A stretch of 64,000 bases of DNA from Chloroflexota bacterium (GTDB lineage: Bacteria; Chloroflexota; Dehalococcoidia; Lucifugimonadales; JADFKI01). Location of the stretch: assembly GCA_027623195.1 (NCBI GenBank), contig JAQBUT010000010.1:26235-90234 (forward strand), written 5' to 3'. The number at the start of each line of letters is the position of its first letter. The first letter of the stretch is position 1. A model generated the notes under the pieces. That model did not search any database. It saw only the letters and a list, made by a program, of their open reading frames with translations, and was not told the origin of the DNA. Position numbers and translations under genes: made by a program. Shown here in pieces: positions 10,569-20,373 of the stretch.

Positions 10569-11093
10569 ATGCCAAGAGCGATATTGGACTTGCAAAATCC
10601 TGCGGACCTGGCGGCGGTAGGCGGCCAATGGCGGTACGCTATCGGACTGGTGCCGGGGGAGCCAAACGAGGGATTGGTTGCCAATATGGAGGGCAGCCCA
10701 GCGCGCCTCACGGACTACGACGACTCGGGTTGGGAGACCACTAACGACATAGCAGAGTGGCACTCTCACGGGGTGTCGTTCATATGGTATCGAATTAACG
10801 TTACGCTACCTGCGACTGTGGGCGGCCAGAGCATCAGCGGGTCACGTTGCCTGATCGAGACCTGCATCGACGACTATGGTGAGATCTGGATCAACGGCGA
10901 ATGCGACAGGGATAGGGGCGCAGTGCAGGGCTTTAACGTTCCTCAAAGAGTGGTCGTGACCGCCGACCCGAAACCCGGCGATAAGTACACCATCGCCCTC
11001 CTGGCGGCAAACGGGCCTTTAGGCGCACCGGGCGGCGCAGTCTTTGTACGCTACGCTTCTTTGGCCTTCGAGTGGCGTGATCCTAGCTATTAA
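10569..11093 (+). CDS. Stand-alone galactose-binding-like (GH2 N-terminal type) beta-sandwich protein
   Basis: DYDDSGWE, WYR, IDDYGEIWING pattern; SD AAGGAG. Confidence 0.6.
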   Translation: MPRAILDLQNPADLAAVGGQWRYAIGLVPGEPNEGLVANMEGSPARLTDYDDSGWETTNDIAEWHSHGVSFIWYRINVTLPATVGGQSISGSRCLIETCIDDYGEIWINGECDRDRGAVQGFNVPQRVVVTADPKPGDKYTIALLAANGPLGAPGGAVFVRYASLAFEWRDPSY

Positions 11094-11104
11094 GATTCCC
11101 CAAC

Positions 11105-12520
11105 TTGCCTAGCCTAGCCGCCCTGAGGAGACTTGCGCCGCGCCGCGTTGTGCTGGTGACGGCGGTTGCCGCCGCTACCATCATGGGCGACTCCATGCTA
11201 TACAACGTGCTGCCTTCCAGAGTTGAGGCTTTTGGCATATCAGTGGGCCTCGTTGGGGTGTTGCTCAGCGCCAACCGCCTCGTGCGACTGGTGTCCAATC
11301 AGGTGGCGGCCTGGGCTATAGAGCGATTCGGGATGCGGGGTCCGCTGCTGGCCAGCGTTTTGTTGGCCGTGGGCACCACGCTGACGTATGGAACGGCGTC
11401 ATGGTTTAGCGTGCTGCTTCTGGCTCGCCTCGTATGGGGCATAACGTTCTCCGTATTTCGCCTGAGTGGCTATCTCGTGGTGCTGGAGGAGAGCGTCGAT
11501 GGCTCTCGCGGTCGGCTCATGGGCTTCTTTAGCAGCGGCATGCGCGTGGGCAGCATTGTCGGCGTTTTGCTAGGTGGTCTTCTGTTCGACGTGACAGGCA
11601 GAACAACCAGCTTCGTTGTAATTGCCGCGTTGGGTCTGTTAGGCGTGCCTGCGGCCATTGCTCTCTTAAAGGGGGGCCGAAATTCAGCAACCGACGGGTT
11701 CCCTTCATCCAGTAGCTCCGACTTGATTTCACCACAAACGGATTCCATACAAACGCCCCCAACCTCATTGGAGACTGGCGGAGAGGATGGAGGTCCCAGC
11801 CAGGCAGTGCCCGGTCTTGATTCCATTGGTGTATCCGAATCCTCAAATCGATATGCCGGACGATTCGAAATGTTATGGGACTTCCTGATATCGAAGGCAC
11901 CAGAGCTTTCATTTACGCAGCGTCGTATGATCCTGTCAGCCAGCTTCACGTTCTTCTGCTTCCAACTGGTCATGAACGGGGTACTAATATCGTCGTTGGG
12001 ATACTTTCTGAATCAACGGCTAGGTGCGGGAGCTGCAGTCGCAGGCATCTTCATCGGAGTCGCAACATTGAATGGCATGCTTATCTCCACCCGGTGGATA
12101 TCCGGACTGTCCGCGCCCTACTTTGGGCACATAGGGGACAGGTACGGTCGAACGCGTATTCTCGCCGTGTCCATTCCCATCTGTCTCGTTGCGCTGTTGC
12201 TCCTTGCGTTTTCGCCGTCATTCTGGCTCATCTTGATATGGCTACCGGTGGCCTTTTCCGCTACCGCAGCGTCCATAACTGCGTTGGACTCCCTGGTGGG
12301 CGGGCTGGCGCCTATGGGCAGGCGTGCGCAGATCATGAGTCGTTATGCGACCTGGCAGGACACGGGCTCGGCATTGGGACCGCTTATAGCGTTCGCCGTG
12401 CTCGGCTTCACGACACTGACCTTCGTCTACCTGGGAGGGGCCATCCTGCTAGCCTTCGCCTTCGCCGTATTCCTGGCCAGCGTACGCGCAAGCCGGTCCG
12501 TCGTGCCTTCGGCATCATAG
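11105..12520 (+). CDS. MFS transporter
   Basis: About 12 hydrophobic segments, ERFG and GDRYGR motif A, long central loop. Confidence 0.85.
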   Translation: MPSLAALRRLAPRRVVLVTAVAAATIMGDSMLYNVLPSRVEAFGISVGLVGVLLSANRLVRLVSNQVAAWAIERFGMRGPLLASVLLAVGTTLTYGTASWFSVLLLARLVWGITFSVFRLSGYLVVLEESVDGSRGRLMGFFSSGMRVGSIVGVLLGGLLFDVTGRTTSFVVIAALGLLGVPAAIALLKGGRNSATDGFPSSSSSDLISPQTDSIQTPPTSLETGGEDGGPSQAVPGLDSIGVSESSNRYAGRFEMLWDFLISKAPELSFTQRRMILSASFTFFCFQLVMNGVLISSLGYFLNQRLGAGAAVAGIFIGVATLNGMLISTRWISGLSAPYFGHIGDRYGRTRILAVSIPICLVALLLLAFSPSFWLILIWLPVAFSATAASITALDSLVGGLAPMGRRAQIMSRYATWQDTGSALGPLIAFAVLGFTTLTFVYLGGAILLAFAFAVFLASVRASRSVVPSAS

Positions 12521-12586
12521 GTGCCGGGCTGTTTGCTAAGATGGGTTTTGTATATATCATGCATAATCATGTCCGATAGACAAAAT

Positions 12587-12691
12587 GTCATTGCCAGCGC
12601 AGCGAGGAATCTAATCCCTATGCCTTTAGCATGGACGTTATGTCTTAGATTCCTCTTTTCGTCCGCTGCGGCGGACTTCGCTGGGAATGAA
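12587..12691. repeat. REP-like inverted repeat (GTCATT..GCGAGGAATCT / AGATTCCTC..GGAATGA)
   Basis: gaggaatcta...tagattcctc inverted pair with gtcatt/aatga ends and an internal gtccgc/gcggac hairpin. Confidence 0.6.
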
Positions 12692-12762
12692 ATTTGACGT
12701 TGACTTTGTGCCGAATAGCGTCGCGTTGATAGATGCAGATTAAGAATAGCTGGAGATATAAG

Positions 12763-13437
12763 ATGGCAGGTCGAATCGCTTTGGTGGGCGGAGATGAGTT
12801 CATGCCCACGTGCAGGGAGATGGACGCCGAGTTGATCCGCGCCACGGGCAAGAGCAGTCCCAGGGTTCTGGTGGTTCCGACGGCTTCCGAGCGCAATGCC
12901 GTGTTGGCTTCGAACCACGGCGTGACGCATTTCCTCGATTTGGGGGCCGATGCCGCGCCACTGATGGTGACCAACTCTGAACAGGCGAATGACGAGGCGT
13001 TGGTTTCTGAGATTGACGGCGCTGACATCGTCTATTTCACCGGGGGCAACCCGGCGAAGCTGCTGGAAGATGTGCTGGGGTCGCTTCTTATCAGCAAACT
13101 GGAACAACTGCTGGAACGTGATGCCATCCTCGCTGGGTCCAGCGCAGGCGCAATGGTCATGGGCTCCTGGATGCGCTTTCGAGAATGGCGAGAGACGTTG
13201 GGAATCGTGCCCGGCGTGGTAGCGCTGCCGCACCACGAGCGCAGCACGCCCGAGGAGACTTCAGGCGAGTTGGTCGCAAGTGGCCATGGCGATCTGTGGG
13301 GGCTGGGCATCGACGGCGCGACAGGTTGCCTCAGCGGTTCTGACGGATGGACGGTTCTCGGAGGAGGCAGCATCATGGTTTACAAAAATGGAGACTGGCA
13401 GCGTTACGGCGGCGGCGAGTCTTTCAGCCTGAGGTAG
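12763..13437 (+). CDS. Peptidase S51 (peptidase E/cyanophycinase-like)
   Basis: LVGGDEF, VPTAS, YFTGGNP, GSSAGA nucleophile, LPHH. Confidence 0.8.
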   Translation: MAGRIALVGGDEFMPTCREMDAELIRATGKSSPRVLVVPTASERNAVLASNHGVTHFLDLGADAAPLMVTNSEQANDEALVSEIDGADIVYFTGGNPAKLLEDVLGSLLISKLEQLLERDAILAGSSAGAMVMGSWMRFREWRETLGIVPGVVALPHHERSTPEETSGELVASGHGDLWGLGIDGATGCLSGSDGWTVLGGGSIMVYKNGDWQRYGGGESFSLR

Positions 13438-13444
13438 ACGTTCT

Positions 13445-14536
13445 TTGTCGAGTAAAATCTCAATTATACGAGTCGGCATGACAGCCTCTTTGACGGGAAG
13501 GTACGCCTACCCCGGCAAACAGGCGCTGGCCGGGGTGCAGGCCTGGGTGCGACAGGCTAATCGCGCCGGCGGCATTATGGTGGGAGACGCCTATTTTCCC
13601 GTGGAGCTAGTCCACTACGACGACGGGGGCAGCCCTCGAAGGTGTGAAGAGCTGACGTTTCGCCTTATCAATGCAGATAAAGTGGACGTGCTTTTAGGGC
13701 CATACTCCAGTGGCCTCACATTGCGCTCCGCCAATGCGGCAAATGAGCACGGGCGCGTGTTGTGGAACCACGGTGGCGCGTTGGGGTCCAAGGCACAGGG
13801 TATGGTGGTAGATGTCCTAAGCCCGGCGGCTACCTATTTTGGGGGCGTCATCGACTACGCGCTGAGTCGTAAGCCCGGCCTTGAAAATGTAGCTATCGTG
13901 CACTCTACAGCTGGCGAGTTTCCCAGGCAAATATCGGCTGGCTCTCTGGAGTATTGCAGCAGTAGACGGCTGTCGCTGCCGTCTGTCCTAACATATGCCG
14001 CCGACACTAAGAGCTTCAATCCGGTCATCGAGCGTCTGCGTCAGGACCCTCCGGAGTTGCTGCTAAGTGTTGGCCGCATTGAGGACGATATTGAATTTGC
14101 ACGCCAGCTACATCAGGCACAGCTTGAGATTGAGTTTGTCGGCTTTATAGCCGCGCCCTTGGCCTCTTTCGGTGACGAATTGGGAGACGCTGCTGAGGGT
14201 GTTCTGGGCCCAAGCCAGTGGGAGTTGGGTGTGGCATCCAATCCAGATTACGGGCCGTCGGCGGACGAGGTGTTAAGCCATCTCGCAGACGTTGGTCAGA
14301 GCACTGTCGATTACCCGGCGGCACAGGCGTATGCCGGTTGCCTGGTAGCTCAGCGGTGCATTGAAGACGCGGGGTCTATGAATGCGCAGGAGCTGTGGAA
14401 GATCGCAGGTCGGTTGGACTTCACGACGTTCTTTGGCAGGTTCCGCATCAACCCCAAAACTGGGCGGCAGGAGGGCCACCAGATGCCGGTCATTCGGTGG
14501 CGCGATGGACACAAGGAATTGGTCTGGACGGCTTAG
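13445..14536 (+). CDS. Branched-chain amino-acid ABC substrate-binding-like protein (PBP type 1)
   Basis: IRVG..SLTG, ELVHYDD, VDVLLGPYSS, FTTFFG.F; no signal peptide visible. Confidence 0.75.
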   Translation: MSSKISIIRVGMTASLTGRYAYPGKQALAGVQAWVRQANRAGGIMVGDAYFPVELVHYDDGGSPRRCEELTFRLINADKVDVLLGPYSSGLTLRSANAANEHGRVLWNHGGALGSKAQGMVVDVLSPAATYFGGVIDYALSRKPGLENVAIVHSTAGEFPRQISAGSLEYCSSRRLSLPSVLTYAADTKSFNPVIERLRQDPPELLLSVGRIEDDIEFARQLHQAQLEIEFVGFIAAPLASFGDELGDAAEGVLGPSQWELGVASNPDYGPSADEVLSHLADVGQSTVDYPAAQAYAGCLVAQRCIEDAGSMNAQELWKIAGRLDFTTFFGRFRINPKTGRQEGHQMPVIRWRDGHKELVWTA

Positions 14537-14596
14537 TCCGGCGCAGTGTGATATCTTACCATTCGGAAAATAAACGATTAATAATTCGGGAGAAAA

Positions 14597-15370
14597 ATGA
14601 TGCGGTTGGAAGGCAAGGTGGCACTCATCACGGGCGCAGGTTCAGGCATTGGCCGCGCATCGTCGCTACTGTTCGCACAGGAGGGCGCCAAGGTCGTGGT
14701 GTCGGACCTGAATGAGAGCACTGCGCTTGAGCTAGCGGAAGAGATTGCAGGGCAGGGCGGTGAGGCGACGTTCGTTACCGGAGATGTCTCCAATAGCGCG
14801 CACGCAGAGCAGATGGTGCGTAAGGCTGTGGATGCGTACGGACAGCTGGATATCCTGGTGAACAGCGCCGGGATAAGCGCCCGCAACGCGCTTCCGGAAG
14901 GTGCATCCCCTGAAGAGATCTGGGACAAGGTAATGGACGTGAACCTCAAAGGCACGTACCTGGTATCGTGGCACGCCGTGCCTGAGATGGAGAAGTCGGG
15001 GGGTGGTTCGATTGTGAACCTGGCTTCCATAATGGGCGTAGTTGGTTACCCTGCTGGAATGGGTGGTGGCTTCAACCCATACGTTCCGTCTAAAGGCGGA
15101 GTGTTGCAGTTCACAAAGAACCTGGCCATAGACTGCGCCAGCAAGAACATTCGCGTGAACTGCCTGTGTCCCGGCTACGTGGAGACCAACCTAATCACAG
15201 GTCTGACCTCGGACCCGGAGAGCAAAGCGGCGTTGGAGGCGAGGCACCCCATGGGACGGCTGGGACGGCCAGACGAGATCGCAAAGGCCGCGCTGTTCCT
15301 GGCCTCTGACGATGCGTCGTACATCACCGGCGCGCCGCTAATGATAGACGGCGGCTATACGGCGCAGTAG
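14597..15370 (+). CDS. Short-chain dehydrogenase/reductase
   Basis: TGAGSGIG, NSAG, YVPSK, IRVN..CPG, DGG. Confidence 0.92.
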   Translation: MMRLEGKVALITGAGSGIGRASSLLFAQEGAKVVVSDLNESTALELAEEIAGQGGEATFVTGDVSNSAHAEQMVRKAVDAYGQLDILVNSAGISARNALPEGASPEEIWDKVMDVNLKGTYLVSWHAVPEMEKSGGGSIVNLASIMGVVGYPAGMGGGFNPYVPSKGGVLQFTKNLAIDCASKNIRVNCLCPGYVETNLITGLTSDPESKAALEARHPMGRLGRPDEIAKAALFLASDDASYITGAPLMIDGGYTAQ

Positions 15371-15372
15371 TC

Positions 15373-16128
15373 TCACGCCAATTCGAACGTTAGCACGCGG
15401 CTCTTCCAGACTTCGAACGCGATGCTCTGTAGCGCTTCATGGTTGGGCCGGTCCATCTGCAGCGTGCGGCTGAGCACCTTGGGGCCAAGGTCTTGCATCA
15501 GTCGGCACCGCTGCTGAAAATCTCGTAGCGTGTTCTTCTCGCCGCCTAACAGCACATAATCTATGTTGTTGCCGAATGGTTCGAAAACGTCCCGCACAAC
15601 CTCGCAGGTCTTGTCGTACAGCTCTCTTATAAGTCGATCGCGGCTGCGCATGAAACGTCGTTGCGAAGAACCGCCAGCCCTATGTCGGTTTTTCACGTGA
15701 CGGGTATCAGTCTTGGTTGCGGACAGGATTTCGCCCCGGAGAACGGCAACGGCGTACCTACCCAGGCGTAGTAACACCACTCCGGTTACTAACTGGCGTT
15801 CCAGCAGGTCTCTTAATTGGGCGGTGTTTGCGCCCGCGTGGTGGGAATCCGCTTTCAAAGGAAAAGGTGGCAATACGGCGGTCGCCTTGCCTTCGCCCAT
15901 GAACGCCACCACGCCCGTATCCGATGGGCCAATCTCGTTGGTTATGCCCGCCAGCATTTGCTTTTCCTCTGCCGGTATTTCGTCTGGCAGTGCATCGGCA
16001 GGCGTATTAAGCGACTCTGGCCGTAGGTAAACGCTGCGCGTGCACCAGTCGCCCTCATCTACCTCGGTAAGAAGTCTAAGAAGGCGGGCCTTGCTCGTCC
16101 AGTGGCGTTCCACGACTTGCGCTAACAT
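15373..16128 (-). CDS. acVLRF1 (Vms1/ANKZF1-like eRF1-fold) release-factor family protein
   Basis: VVLLRLGRYAVA, RHVKNRHRAGGSSQRRF catalytic loop, VLLGGE; start could also be TTG 16164. Confidence 0.75.
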   Translation of the reverse strand: MLAQVVERHWTSKARLLRLLTEVDEGDWCTRSVYLRPESLNTPADALPDEIPAEEKQMLAGITNEIGPSDTGVVAFMGEGKATAVLPPFPLKADSHHAGANTAQLRDLLERQLVTGVVLLRLGRYAVAVLRGEILSATKTDTRHVKNRHRAGGSSQRRFMRSRDRLIRELYDKTCEVVRDVFEPFGNNIDYVLLGGEKNTLRDFQQRCRLMQDLGPKVLSRTLQMDRPNHEALQSIAFEVWKSRVLTFELA

Positions 16129-16187
16129 TTCAGAGCTTTGCCGTACCTGATTGGGTTGAAACAAACATAGTTTTCACCGGATACACA

Positions 16188-18209
16188 TTAGTGATCGCCG
16201 GGAGGCTGTGCTGATTCCATAAAAAAGTCGTACTTGATGCCGGAGCGCTCCATTACCCAGTCTACGTCCTCCTCCAACAGGTACCCTTCCTTAACCAGCT
16301 GCTCCGCTGCGTCGAACACTTTCTCCAGGTAGATGTCCTTGCTCCTGTACCGCTCCTCGATGGATGGTCTAGGATCGCCGGCTGCCCTTCGCTCCCTTCT
16401 GGTCTTGCCTAAGGGGAGCGTCCAACCCGCCAACCCGCCGGTGATACCGATTACCAGACCGGTATTGCCGATGTCCGAGTGGCGCAGGTTCCAGCCCGTG
16501 TATGTCGCCAGGGGCACCGTGATATCCGGTAGGGATATGCCTGCAATCTCGTTGCAGTCGTCGTTGATGTCCGACACGAACGCCGGGTACTCTTCGCCGT
16601 CGATGGCCGGGAGTATCGTTGTGCGGCCCAGGAGCTTTTCCGGGCCGAAGTCCAACCGTTTGGCTCTGGTTGGTGGGTTGGGAGCGGTAACGCCTGGGAG
16701 GGTGTTCAGCTTGTCCAGAAGCGTTTTGGACTCGACGGCAGTGCCCTCAGAAAGGCTGGGGTGTCTGCTGGGCGGGGGCGCCTCGCCATCGGTGACCCAC
16801 CTGTCCAGGTTTTGTAGCGCCGCCCTTTGCAGGGGGGAGTAGTCCACGCTGTTGAACGGCAACTGACCGCGAACACCGTCGTTGGGCCGCACATCCTCGG
16901 GAGGGAAGATGCCTATGCCGTGTTGCGTGCCTGTGAAGTGGTATTTACGAACGCTGTCTGAGTGTTCCGGCGCGTCCTTTAGCGTTACCAGGTCTGTGTG
17001 GATTAGCGCTGCATCGCCTCGCCAGTACTCCGCCGACGTGTTCGTGAACATGATCTTCGGAACCTGCCCCTGCTTCTGAAAGCGGCCCAACAGTGAGTCG
17101 GTCTCGCCGGTGACGGGGTCAGTCTGCTCCGTATCTGTAAACGGGAACAGCTCGGGGATAATGAAGCACACGTCCTTGGAGGGTTGCCCGAAGCGCATGT
17201 TGAACTCGCCGCGCATGCCGCCGCCAATGTGGGCGATGATACCGTCCAGGGCCATGCGTCCGTCCTCGTCGGTGTTGACGCCGGTGTGGATGTACTGGCG
17301 CAGGAACCTGCCACATTGGGAGCTGCCGAAGGCGTAGGCGCGTTGCAACGACCCGGCTCCAAGGATTGCGTCCCTGCCGTTGCCATTCTTGAGTCCGTGT
17401 TTGAAAAACGAAGCGGTATCGCGAACGGCGGCAAAGCCCAGTCCGACGATGGCGCTCCCCCTGGTGGTGTACACAAGCTGGTAGATGCGGCCTGGCTCGA
17501 ATCCCGAAGGCATGTAGATGTGGTGTGGGTCGCCCTCAGCGTCCTCCATCTGGTCTTCCACTCGCACAAATGAGTACTGGTCACGACTGATAGGCGTCGC
17601 CGGACCGTTGGGGTGGTCCTGAACTGTGAGCGTTGCCGTGGCGTCCTCTGCGTCGGCTGGAGGATGGGGCAGGTGAGTCCTGTCCGCCAATAGGAAGAGT
17701 TGGGAGGGCTCGTTGGCCTGGAACTGGCAAAGCATGCGGCCCACCAGGGGGTCGCCACTTTCGTCCAAACCTTCCGGCACCCGCAGGCCAATCAGGCCCG
17801 GGTCGGGCGGAACGTCCGCCTGCCACCCGCCGAATAACACTGTGTAGCCCTGGCGCATCAGGAAGCCGTTGCCCGGGTGAATAGGCGCGGTAGGATCGAA
17901 GCTGCGAGGCGAGCTATTGAAATTGGTAACTGTCTTCCTGCCGCGATTAACTACGTCGTACAGCAAGCTGCCGTTGCCCCGTTCCAAGTCTTCGGGTTGC
18001 AGCATCACGAAGTCGGCCGAGAATCGCACGTTGCCATCAGCGTCGCGAGGCGCAAGCTCCAAATCGACGATAGCTTTGTTTGCGTCATTCAAAGGGTCCA
18101 CCGCGTAGTGCAGGGTGCCTTCAATCTGCTGGTACGGGCCGACTTTTCCATAGGACTCCCCGCCGGCGTAGGGGAATTGTTTGGTTATCTCCATTTCGAT
18201 TACTGGCAA
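16188..18209 (-). CDS. Large alpha/beta-hydrolase domain protein
   Basis: VVNRG, GWQ.D, GSSQCGRFLR, EYW, GTQH, TGWN, DPRPSIEERY. Confidence 0.75.
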   Translation of the reverse strand: MPVIEMEITKQFPYAGGESYGKVGPYQQIEGTLHYAVDPLNDANKAIVDLELAPRDADGNVRFSADFVMLQPEDLERGNGSLLYDVVNRGRKTVTNFNSSPRSFDPTAPIHPGNGFLMRQGYTVLFGGWQADVPPDPGLIGLRVPEGLDESGDPLVGRMLCQFQANEPSQLFLLADRTHLPHPPADAEDATATLTVQDHPNGPATPISRDQYSFVRVEDQMEDAEGDPHHIYMPSGFEPGRIYQLVYTTRGSAIVGLGFAAVRDTASFFKHGLKNGNGRDAILGAGSLQRAYAFGSSQCGRFLRQYIHTGVNTDEDGRMALDGIIAHIGGGMRGEFNMRFGQPSKDVCFIIPELFPFTDTEQTDPVTGETDSLLGRFQKQGQVPKIMFTNTSAEYWRGDAALIHTDLVTLKDAPEHSDSVRKYHFTGTQHGIGIFPPEDVRPNDGVRGQLPFNSVDYSPLQRAALQNLDRWVTDGEAPPPSRHPSLSEGTAVESKTLLDKLNTLPGVTAPNPPTRAKRLDFGPEKLLGRTTILPAIDGEEYPAFVSDINDDCNEIAGISLPDITVPLATYTGWNLRHSDIGNTGLVIGITGGLAGWTLPLGKTRRERRAAGDPRPSIEERYRSKDIYLEKVFDAAEQLVKEGYLLEEDVDWVMERSGIKYDFFMESAQPPGDH

Positions 18210-18514
18210 CGAGGTCTCCTTTTTACTTTCATACCCTGGCAGGTCACTGAAGCTGTCATCGACGTCGCGATTTTATTTTTAGGGCTTTAGATTGCAGTTC
18301 CGACGAATTCTAACATCAAACGGAGCTTTGCACACAAAGTCGTTTGTGCTTGGCCAATGGAATTATTCGGGCACAGGGTTTGAACGTTGTGTGAATTTCG
18401 CGGAAAGCGAGAGCAAGGCCGAAAATAAGGCTTCCAAGGGTTTGATACGAGGCGTATCGGACGAAATTAGGGTATAGGGGATGTTCAGGCTTTAGACGCG
18501 GTGCGGAGTTTGAT

Positions 18515-19144
18515 ATGCGGAGTAGCCTTGGAATAATCGCGGTATTCGCCCTGGCGGTGGCTGGCGCATTCACGCTGGCGCTTGCCCAGAAGGCCTACGC
18601 TCCACCCTCCAACGACAACAATGTCGTCAGCGCCTCAACCCGGGATATATACATTTCCGATGAACTTGATGGACCATATGGGTTCTCCCGCGAACTGCCC
18701 CTGGGAGAAATCCAACACCTGACGATCAAAGGCCTCGTGGTGAGTCCAGACCAGGAACACATCTCTACTATTGCTCCGGATGGGACTTCGATTGGCGTAA
18801 ACAGCAGCATGCAGCCTGGGGATAGCTATGGAATGTACCTGTCCTTGAACAACTCATCTGCTGTGCCCCAGTCGGCTGAGCTTACCGTGGACGCGCCCCA
18901 GAGCGTGACCATCGACGTTGAGGCAACGCCGGGCAGTGCGGCCGGTCCCGAGGTCAGCAAGGTGGAGAGGAATCACTGGACTATCATCTACTCTGGTGAG
19001 ACTCAGCCCGGCGGTCCCTTTGATCTGACGGTATCGGTGCAATCCTCCAGGTTCCTAAGCCAGGAGGATGGTCTGGTCCAGATTGAGTTGCTTGCATCGG
19101 AGTACATTCCCCAGCGTCCTCAACTGGTTGGACTGGTTTATTAG
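18515..19144 (+). CDS. Secreted hypothetical beta-rich protein
   Basis: N-terminal signal peptide (..ALA) followed by a beta-strand-like polar domain; GGAG SD. Confidence 0.6.
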   Translation: MRSSLGIIAVFALAVAGAFTLALAQKAYAPPSNDNNVVSASTRDIYISDELDGPYGFSRELPLGEIQHLTIKGLVVSPDQEHISTIAPDGTSIGVNSSMQPGDSYGMYLSLNNSSAVPQSAELTVDAPQSVTIDVEATPGSAAGPEVSKVERNHWTIIYSGETQPGGPFDLTVSVQSSRFLSQEDGLVQIELLASEYIPQRPQLVGLVY

Positions 19145-19197
19145 TCAGATCCTTTGGGCCGCCATTACTTAATGTCTCCGTTCGCTCCCTCAAATTG

Positions 19198-19227
19198 TTG
19201 ACGCGTCGGCCTCTGTCTAACTACACT
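19198..19227 (+). promoter_or_regulatory. sigma70-type promoter of rpiB
   Basis: TTGACG-18-TACACT. Confidence 0.55.
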
Positions 19228-19265
19228 TTCCTTCATGAACTACGTGAACGGGAAGGGCACTTAAT

Positions 19266-19715
19266 ATGAAAATTGCTGTTGGCGCTGACCACGCCGGTTA
19301 TACGGCCAAGGAGCCAATCAAGGCCTTGCTGAAGAGCCTGGGCCACGAGGTCGTGGACGTGGGAGCGTACGAGGTGGACCCGCTGGACGACTATCCCGAC
19401 ATTGCTAAAATTCTGGCGGATACTGTGGCTAGTGGAGATGTCGACAGGGGCATTATGCTGTGCGGTAGCGGTGTGGGTGCGGCTGTGGCTGCCAATAAGG
19501 TCAGGGGAGTGCGGGCCAGCGTCTGCCACGACACGTACTCTGCTCACCAGGGCGTGGAGCACGACGACATGAATGTGCTTTGCATTGGCGCAAGGATAAT
19601 AGGCGAGGAACTGGTTAAGGAGATCGTCGATTCATTCGCGTCCGCCCAATTCAGTGGCGAGGAGAGGCATCAGCGCCGACTCAACAAGGTCCTCAAGATG
19701 GAGTCGGACTTCTAG
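19266..19715 (+). CDS. rpiB: Ribose-5-phosphate isomerase B
   Basis: DHAG, DYPD, CGSGVG, ANK, H.DMNVLC.GAR, RH.RR. Confidence 0.93.
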   Translation: MKIAVGADHAGYTAKEPIKALLKSLGHEVVDVGAYEVDPLDDYPDIAKILADTVASGDVDRGIMLCGSGVGAAVAANKVRGVRASVCHDTYSAHQGVEHDDMNVLCIGARIIGEELVKEIVDSFASAQFSGEERHQRRLNKVLKMESDF

Positions 19716-19744
19716 TAAGCCGAGCTTAAAATCAGGGTAAAAGA

Positions 19745-19781
19745 GAAACGGGCGACCCACGATTGGCGGGTCGCCCGTTTC
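19745..19781. terminator. Bidirectional hairpin terminator
   Basis: gaaacgggcgaccc..gggtcgcccgtttc between convergent genes. Confidence 0.7.
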
Positions 19782-19801
19782 AATTGGCTCAGCTTAGTCC
19801 G

Positions 19802-20371
19802 CTAGCTTAGATTCTTCTTTGCATCCCTGAATGACTGGCCTACGCTCTTGCCGGTGCCGAGGGTCATGGCCGAGTCGTCCAACTCTGGGACAACCTTGAG
19901 TGAGATGAGCACGGGACCCCTGGTGTTCATAACCTCGTTCAGGCTGGTGGCAAAGTCCTCGAGGTCGTTGAATTCGAATCCTGCCGTGTAGCCCGACGAC
20001 TCCGCAATGCCCTTGAAGCTGAAGCCGTTGGCATTGGGCACAGGCTGTCCACCGGTCACGCCGTACACGCCGTTGTCGATGACGAAGTGATAGAGGTTCG
20101 CCGGCTTCTTGCCGCCGATAGTTACAGTGGTGCCGAGGTTCATTAGCAGGCTGCCGTCACCGTCTATGATGATGACCTTGCGGTGGGGTTGCGCAAGCGC
20201 CACGCCCAGGGCCACCGATGCAGCCTTACCCATTGCGCCGCGTATTGGTATTTCAACACTGTCGTCCGAACTGATTTCAGACCAGGTAGTGCGGCCCGTC
20301 ATTGTGGGGACCACAATTGAGTCGCCACGAATCTTTTCTATGAGGGATAGTGCGTCTTTTTGATTCATCAT
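19802..20371 (-). CDS. ThDP-dependent decarboxylase beta subunit (sulfopyruvate/phosphonopyruvate decarboxylase, ComE-like)
   Basis: GAMG, GDGSLLMN...IDNG..TGGQ. Confidence 0.8.
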   Translation of the reverse strand: MMNQKDALSLIEKIRGDSIVVPTMTGRTTWSEISSDDSVEIPIRGAMGKAASVALGVALAQPHRKVIIIDGDGSLLMNLGTTVTIGGKKPANLYHFVIDNGVYGVTGGQPVPNANGFSFKGIAESSGYTAGFEFNDLEDFATSLNEVMNTRGPVLISLKVVPELDDSAMTLGTGKSVGQSFRDAKKNLS

Positions 20372-20373
20372 AG

